This document shows, in pieces, positions 27,373 to 32,000 of a DNA stretch of 32,000 nucleotides. The stretch lies in assembly GCF_000196355.1 (NCBI RefSeq), contig NC_007614.1, forward strand, positions 1,290,001-1,322,000, given 5' to 3'. The notes under the pieces were generated by a model. It worked only from the letters and a program-made list of their open reading frames with translations, ran no database searches and was not told the DNA's origin. Position numbers and translations under genes: made by a program. Each line of letters starts with the position of its first letter. Within the stretch, counting starts at the first letter, position 1. Origin of the DNA: Nitrosospira multiformis ATCC 25196. Its GTDB lineage: Bacteria; Pseudomonadota; Gammaproteobacteria; Burkholderiales; Nitrosomonadaceae.

Positions 27373-28299
27373 TTATGGACGTTCGGTCATGGCCGCCGCA
27401 ACGGTTGCCCGGTCAAGATGGGGGGCAAACATTTCGATGAAATCATATACGTATTTGCGCAGATAACTGTTGCGGCTGATACCAATGCGTGTCGTGCTGG
27501 GTTCGAACAGATGGCTGGCGTCAATGGCTCGCAAATGCCTGTCGCGCGAAGGTTCAAACGCCATCTGCGCCAGTATCCCGATTCCCAGTCCCAGTTCCAC
27601 ATAGGTTTTAATGACATCCGCATCAATCGCCGTGAGCACGACATTGGGGACCAGGCCTTTTGCATCGAATGCCTGATTGATCTTCGAGCGGCCGGTGAAT
27701 GCAAAATCATAAGTGATGATCGGATGCTCGGCGATTGCTTCCAGTGTCAATCCCTTGAGTTTGAGCAGCGGATGCCTAGGCGGAACAATTACGCAGCGGT
27801 TCCACTGGTAGCAGGGCAGCATGACGAGTTCGCTGAACAGTTCGATTGCTTCCGTGGCAATCGCTATATCGGCCACTCCGGAGGTGACCAGTTCAGCGAT
27901 CTGTGTCGGATTGCCCTGGCGTAAAACCAGTCGCACCTTGGGGTAGCGTGCGGTAAAATGCTGAATTGCGGAAGGCAGTGCATACCGCGCTTGTGTATGG
28001 GTCGTCGCGATCGTCAGAGAGCCGCTGGCTTCATTGGCAAATTCCTGCCCCACCTGCTTCAGGTTTTTTGCGTCTCTTAACATTCTTTCGGCAATTTCAA
28101 GAATCGCCCGGCCGGGCGGCGTGGTTTCGACCACCCGCTTGCCGTTCCGTACAAAAATATCCACCCCCAATTCGTTTTCCAGCAGGCGGATCTGCTTGCT
28201 GATGCCGGGCTGGGAGGTATGGAGAATTTCCGCCGCCTTGGATAAGTTCAAGCCCTGGTTGGCGACTTCGCATAGATAACGTAATTGCTGCAATTTCAT
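27373..28299 (-). CDS. cysB: LysR-family regulator, CysB
   Basis: ORF track; MKLQQLRYLCEVANQGLNLSKAAEILHTSQPGISKQIRLLENELGVDIFVRNGKR; divergent from sulfur-assimilation genes. Confidence 0.93.
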   Translation of the reverse strand: MKLQQLRYLCEVANQGLNLSKAAEILHTSQPGISKQIRLLENELGVDIFVRNGKRVVETTPPGRAILEIAERMLRDAKNLKQVGQEFANEASGSLTIATTHTQARYALPSAIQHFTARYPKVRLVLRQGNPTQIAELVTSGVADIAIATEAIELFSELVMLPCYQWNRCVIVPPRHPLLKLKGLTLEAIAEHPIITYDFAFTGRSKINQAFDAKGLVPNVVLTAIDADVIKTYVELGLGIGILAQMAFEPSRDRHLRAIDASHLFEPSTTRIGISRNSYLRKYVYDFIEMFAPHLDRATVAAAMTERP

Positions 28300-28324
28300 G
28301 AGTCGTGATCTAAATAATGTTTGG

Positions 28325-28343
28325 TTATGTTAATCTAACATAA
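28325..28343. promoter_or_regulatory. Perfect interrupted palindrome, candidate LysR/CysB-type operator
   Basis: TTATGTTA-ATC-TAACATAA, 8 bp arms, 3 nt spacer, starting 26 nt upstream of the cysB start codon in the divergent cysB/cysI region. Confidence 0.5.
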
Positions 28344-28484
28344 TATTCTTTCACGATATATATGTTCATTGCTATTATCGCGTTTTCGATGCATCATGCG
28401 CGGTTTCCTGCTCCTCGCATGTGTGGGCGAAGCGGGGAGAGGTGATGGGATATGGCAGACACAGTGGAATAGTGGAGGACGTAA

Positions 28485-30578
28485 ATGGGTTATCTGGATA
28501 ACCTCGCAAATGACGGGGAAATAGCTTTGTACGATCAGTCGGTACAGGAGTACCGCGATCTGAAAATGGATGTTACGCGCTTTACTGCCGGCCGCCTTCA
28601 AATGGGGATTTATGGCCAGCGGCAGGAAGGGGTCAACATGGTGCGTATCAAGCTGCCCGGCGGACGGGTATCCGCTCCGAAACTGAGAACGATCGCCTCC
28701 GCCTTGGAGAAATTTTCCCGGCACGATGTGGTCCATATCACCACGCGCCAGGATATCCAGATGCATTACGTGCCCCTGGAGCAAACACCGGCCACCCTGC
28801 GCCACTTGGCGGAAGGGGGGTTGACCACCCGCGAGGCCTGCGGCAATACGATACGGAATATAACGACTTGCCCGCTTTCCGGGGTGTGTCCTCGCCAGCA
28901 TACCGACGTCACCCATCACCTGGAGGGAACGGTGCGGCATATGCTGCGCAATCCCTTGACGCAGCAGATGCCGCGCAAGTTCAAGATCAGCCTGTCAGCG
29001 TGCGAGGCTGATTGTGCGCAGGGGATGATGCATGATCTCGGGGCCATCGCGGTACGCAATGGGGAGCACTTCGGCTTCAAGGTTGTTGCGGGCGGTGGTC
29101 TCGGACACAAGCCGCATGAAGCTATCGTTGTAGAAGAATTCATCGAGGAGAAGGATCTGCTGGCGGTGATGGAAGCAGTGATTCAACTGCACAACCGCTA
29201 TTCGGATCGTACCAAACGCGCGAAATCGCGAATCAAGTTTCTGGTGGACAAATTCGGTCCTGAAGGGTTTGTCGAAAAATATCGCGAAGAGTTGGTGCGT
29301 ACCAAATCGGCACTGGCAAACATTGATTACCCGAAAGGCGAATGGAGTCCCGGCAAGGAGGGGGAAGCGCCAGGCATTGGCGCCCCGCGCCGTATTTTCC
29401 CGCAGAAACAGGCAGGCTACTATGTATTCCCCATCAGCGTGCCGATGGGCAACCTGAACGCAAGCCAATTGCGCGCCCTCGCCGATATCTGTGACACCTT
29501 CGAGTTGCCCGATATCCGCACAAGCCAGGATCAGAACATGTTCCTGTCAGACGTGCCCGAAGCCAAAATCGAGCCCCTGCGCGCTGCCCTTGCTGCGTTG
29601 GGATTGGGAGTGCCGAAGGCGGGCGATGATGTGGTGGCCTGTCCGGGAACATCGACGTGCCGTTTGGGGATTACTTCCAGCACGATCGTGGGACCCAAAC
29701 TGAGCGGGGGCGAGCATGACCTGAAGATACGGGTATCAGGATGTCATAATGGCTGCGCACAGCCGGAAGCGGGAGATATCGGCATCTACGGTGAAGGCAA
29801 GCGCATGCACGGCAAACTCGTGCCGCATTACCAGATGCACTTCGGGGGTAATGGGATGGCGCGCGGCGCGCTGGCGTTCAAAGGCCCATCGATACCGACA
29901 GCGCGTATCGAGGAGGCGGTGAAACGGGTGCAATCGGCTTTTTCAGCTACACGTGAAGCGGATGAGCCATTCTTTTCCTGGGCGCATCGGAAGGATAAAG
30001 CCTATTTCAATGATCTGCTGGCGGATCTGGTGGAGGTCAAGCCCGAACAAGTGGAATCTGTTCTACGCGATCATGGCCAGAAGGCTGATTTCAAGGTGTT
30101 GCAATTGGGCGGGGGTGAGTGTGCGGGCATAGTACAGACAAGGACGGGCACGAGCTTTTTCGAAGCGGCACATGAGCGCAATTATCGGGATGCGCTCAAG
30201 TTTCAACTGAAATTTGCCGATTCTGTTGGGTGCGCCGAAGAAATTGCGCGCCTGCTCGCACAAGGTACGCTGGAACTGATTGGCGGCCAGAAGCGCGACG
30301 ACTTGTCGGATTTGGCGGAGGAATTCCGACGTTTGCTGCCCACCAAGCCGCGGCTGTCCCGGCAGTTGGCCAAATTTGCGGAAGATTTCGCGAGCCCTGC
30401 GGAAGAGTTGAATGACGCTCGCCTGACCGAGTGGTTTGCCGAATTGGATACGTGGACGATGGAGGTCGCGCAGTTCTGCCTGGATTTCGACCGTGGGCTC
30501 GATCTGGAGGGTGCGCTGCCGAGGCCGCTTCCCGCGAAGTCAGCGTTGGGACGGGTACCTTCATCGGCAACTGTCTGA
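28485..30578 (+). CDS. cysI: Nitrite/sulfite reductase, siroheme/4Fe-4S hemoprotein (assimilatory sulfite reductase)
   Basis: ORF track; TTCPLSGVCPRQ, CPGTSTCRLGI, RVSGCHNGCAQPEAGDIG; adjacent to cysH and cysD. Confidence 0.9.
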   Translation: MGYLDNLANDGEIALYDQSVQEYRDLKMDVTRFTAGRLQMGIYGQRQEGVNMVRIKLPGGRVSAPKLRTIASALEKFSRHDVVHITTRQDIQMHYVPLEQTPATLRHLAEGGLTTREACGNTIRNITTCPLSGVCPRQHTDVTHHLEGTVRHMLRNPLTQQMPRKFKISLSACEADCAQGMMHDLGAIAVRNGEHFGFKVVAGGGLGHKPHEAIVVEEFIEEKDLLAVMEAVIQLHNRYSDRTKRAKSRIKFLVDKFGPEGFVEKYREELVRTKSALANIDYPKGEWSPGKEGEAPGIGAPRRIFPQKQAGYYVFPISVPMGNLNASQLRALADICDTFELPDIRTSQDQNMFLSDVPEAKIEPLRAALAALGLGVPKAGDDVVACPGTSTCRLGITSSTIVGPKLSGGEHDLKIRVSGCHNGCAQPEAGDIGIYGEGKRMHGKLVPHYQMHFGGNGMARGALAFKGPSIPTARIEEAVKRVQSAFSATREADEPFFSWAHRKDKAYFNDLLADLVEVKPEQVESVLRDHGQKADFKVLQLGGGECAGIVQTRTGTSFFEAAHERNYRDALKFQLKFADSVGCAEEIARLLAQGTLELIGGQKRDDLSDLAEEFRRLLPTKPRLSRQLAKFAEDFASPAEELNDARLTEWFAELDTWTMEVAQFCLDFDRGLDLEGALPRPLPAKSALGRVPSSATV

Positions 30579-30620
30579 TTAACTCGATGAATGATTGGCC
30601 GGGAATGATTGGTTGAGGAC

Positions 30621-31379
30621 ATGAGCCTGGATCAAAAAATTGCAGAGGTGCGAACCCTGCTCGAGAGGGTGCAGAAAGATTATTTGCCTGCCACTTTCGC
30701 AAACAGTTTCGGCGCTGAGGATATGGTGCTGACCGATCTCATTGCGCGGCATTATCCGGATATCGAAATGTTCACATTGGATACCGGACGGCTTCCGCAG
30801 GAAACCTATGACCTCATGCAGCAGGTTACCGAGCGGTACGGCATCCGGATTCCAGTCTATTTTCCGGATGCTGCCGCAGTGGAAGCGTACGTGGCGCAGA
30901 ACGGCCCCAATGCGTTTTACGACAGCGTGGATTTGCGCAAGAAGTGCTGCCACATCCGCAAGGTCGAACCATTGAAACGGGCCTTGAGGGATAAGCGCGC
31001 ATGGATTACCGGTTTGCGCCGGGATCAGGCGCCCACGCGGAAGGGTTTGGTCGAATCGGAGTTCGATGCCGAGAACGGTCTGCAAAAATTCAGCCCTTTG
31101 CTGGACTGGAGCCAGGCTGACGTGTGGGCGTATCTCAAGCAGTTCGATGTGCCATACAACGCTCTGCACGACAAAGGTTACACGAGTATCGGATGCGCTC
31201 CTTGCACTCGCGCCATTACCCCCGGTGAGGATGTTCGTGCGGGCCGCTGGTGGTGGGAGGATCCGGAAATCAAGGAATGTGGCCTGCATCCTGGCAAAAA
31301 ACGCGGCGCCCATAATATCGCCAGCGCAACTACTGCCGGTTCAGGCGCGGCAGTAAAGGATCTGGCTGTTTCAGACTGA
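30621..31379 (+). CDS. cysH: Phosphoadenylyl-/adenylyl-sulfate reductase
   Basis: ATG 30621 inside ORF 30609..31379; SFGAEDMVLTDLIARH, CCHIRKVEPLKRAL, CAPCTRAI, ECGLHPG (APS-reductase-type Cys pairs). Confidence 0.94.
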   Translation: MSLDQKIAEVRTLLERVQKDYLPATFANSFGAEDMVLTDLIARHYPDIEMFTLDTGRLPQETYDLMQQVTERYGIRIPVYFPDAAAVEAYVAQNGPNAFYDSVDLRKKCCHIRKVEPLKRALRDKRAWITGLRRDQAPTRKGLVESEFDAENGLQKFSPLLDWSQADVWAYLKQFDVPYNALHDKGYTSIGCAPCTRAITPGEDVRAGRWWWEDPEIKECGLHPGKKRGAHNIASATTAGSGAAVKDLAVSD

Positions 31380-31500
31380 ATACGGGATCCCGGAAAGCGG
31401 GAATAAAAGACATCGGCGGGCACAGTAGGAATAATAAGCAGGGATAGTAGGGACGAAGGAATTGCGTGGAGCGCCTCCTGAACTGAATGGGGATTGTTTG

Positions 31501-32000
31501 ATGGACGTTATTTTGAATCAAATGGATGAATTTGCACCTGTTGCAGGACCGGTTGCAGGTCTTGTGATGAAGAATGAACCCGTCGTCATCAAGCGGCGTG
31601 CCGCGCGACAACTTAGCCACCTTGAAGCACTGGAAAGCGAAGCAATCCATATCATGCGCGAGGTCGCGGCCGAGTGTGCCAATCCAGCTCTACTCTTTTC
31701 CGGTGGCAAGGACTCGATTGTTCTTCTGCGTCTGGCGGAAAAGGCTTTCCGTCCCGGACGTTTCCCGTTTCCTTTGATGCATGTCGATACCGGCCATAAT
31801 TTTCCGGAAGTGATCGAGTTTCGTGACCGCCGTGTCAAACAGCTCGGTGAGCGCTTAATTGTTGCCAGCATGGAAGACTCGATCAAGCAGGGAAGGGTGG
31901 TGCTGCGCTCGGAAAATCAGAGCCGTAATCCCTTTCAATCCGTGACGCTGCTGGATGCCATCGCCGAACACGGTTTCGATGCCTGCATTGGCGGCGCCCG
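31501..32000 (+). CDS. cysD: Sulfate adenylyltransferase subunit 2, truncated by the window edge
   Basis: My translation from ATG 31501: MDVILNQMDEFAPV...LSHLEALESEAIHIMREVAAECANPALLFSGGKDSIVLLRLAEKAFRPGRFPFPLMHVDTGHNFPEVIEFRD...; open at 32000. Complete ORF absent from track because it runs off the window. Confidence 0.95.
   Translation, partial: MDVILNQMDEFAPVAGPVAGLVMKNEPVVIKRRAARQLSHLEALESEAIHIMREVAAECANPALLFSGGKDSIVLLRLAEKAFRPGRFPFPLMHVDTGHNFPEVIEFRDRRVKQLGERLIVASMEDSIKQGRVVLRSENQSRNPFQSVTLLDAIAEHGFDACIGGA

Noticed and set aside
27292-27924. 210-aa + strand ORF antisense to cysB
   Set aside because: Complement of a conserved LysR-family gene; not independently coding by appearance.
28485-30578. 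Long cysI with an extra C-terminal stretch
   Set aside because: I cannot tell from sequence alone that the C-terminal extension is atypical for this sulfite reductase subgroup.
30579-31313. 244-aa minus-strand ORF antisense to cysH
   Set aside because: Shadow ORF of a well-conserved gene in GC-rich DNA; no recognisable domain and cysH motifs are clear on the + strand.

Overview
This 32 kb window looks like the chromosome of a betaproteobacterium, by gene content and protein style probably an ammonia oxidiser of the Nitrosospira/Nitrosomonas type (inference; no database was run). Most of it is ordinary core genome: ctpA-like S41 protease, envC-like activator, gpmA, a rhodanese-grxC-secB-SH3-gpsA run, trmL, comF divergent from bioBFHCD, a DJ-1/PfpI protein, a cold-shock protein, a REC-PAS-GGDEF-EAL protein, an MBL-fold hydrolase, an L16-hydroxylase-like cupin, mutL, and a sulfate-assimilation block (cysB divergent from cysI-cysH-cysD). 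I could not support a clear new defence or mobile system. Items worth a second look: (1) a recurring pattern of 10-15 bp tandem duplications at gene boundaries, several of which copy a start or stop codon; (2) a minus-strand array of four short lipoprotein-like genes, one missing from the ORF track, three with strong hairpin terminators; (3) a Y2-transposase (IS91-type) C-terminal remnant downstream of bioD; (4) an accessory pocket at about 15.3-17.8 kb with orphan small ORFs, a perfect 23 bp palindrome and an Imm11/DUF1629-like immunity gene with an internal duplication and a possible 5' frameshift; (5) a palindrome in the divergent cysB/cysI intergenic region.
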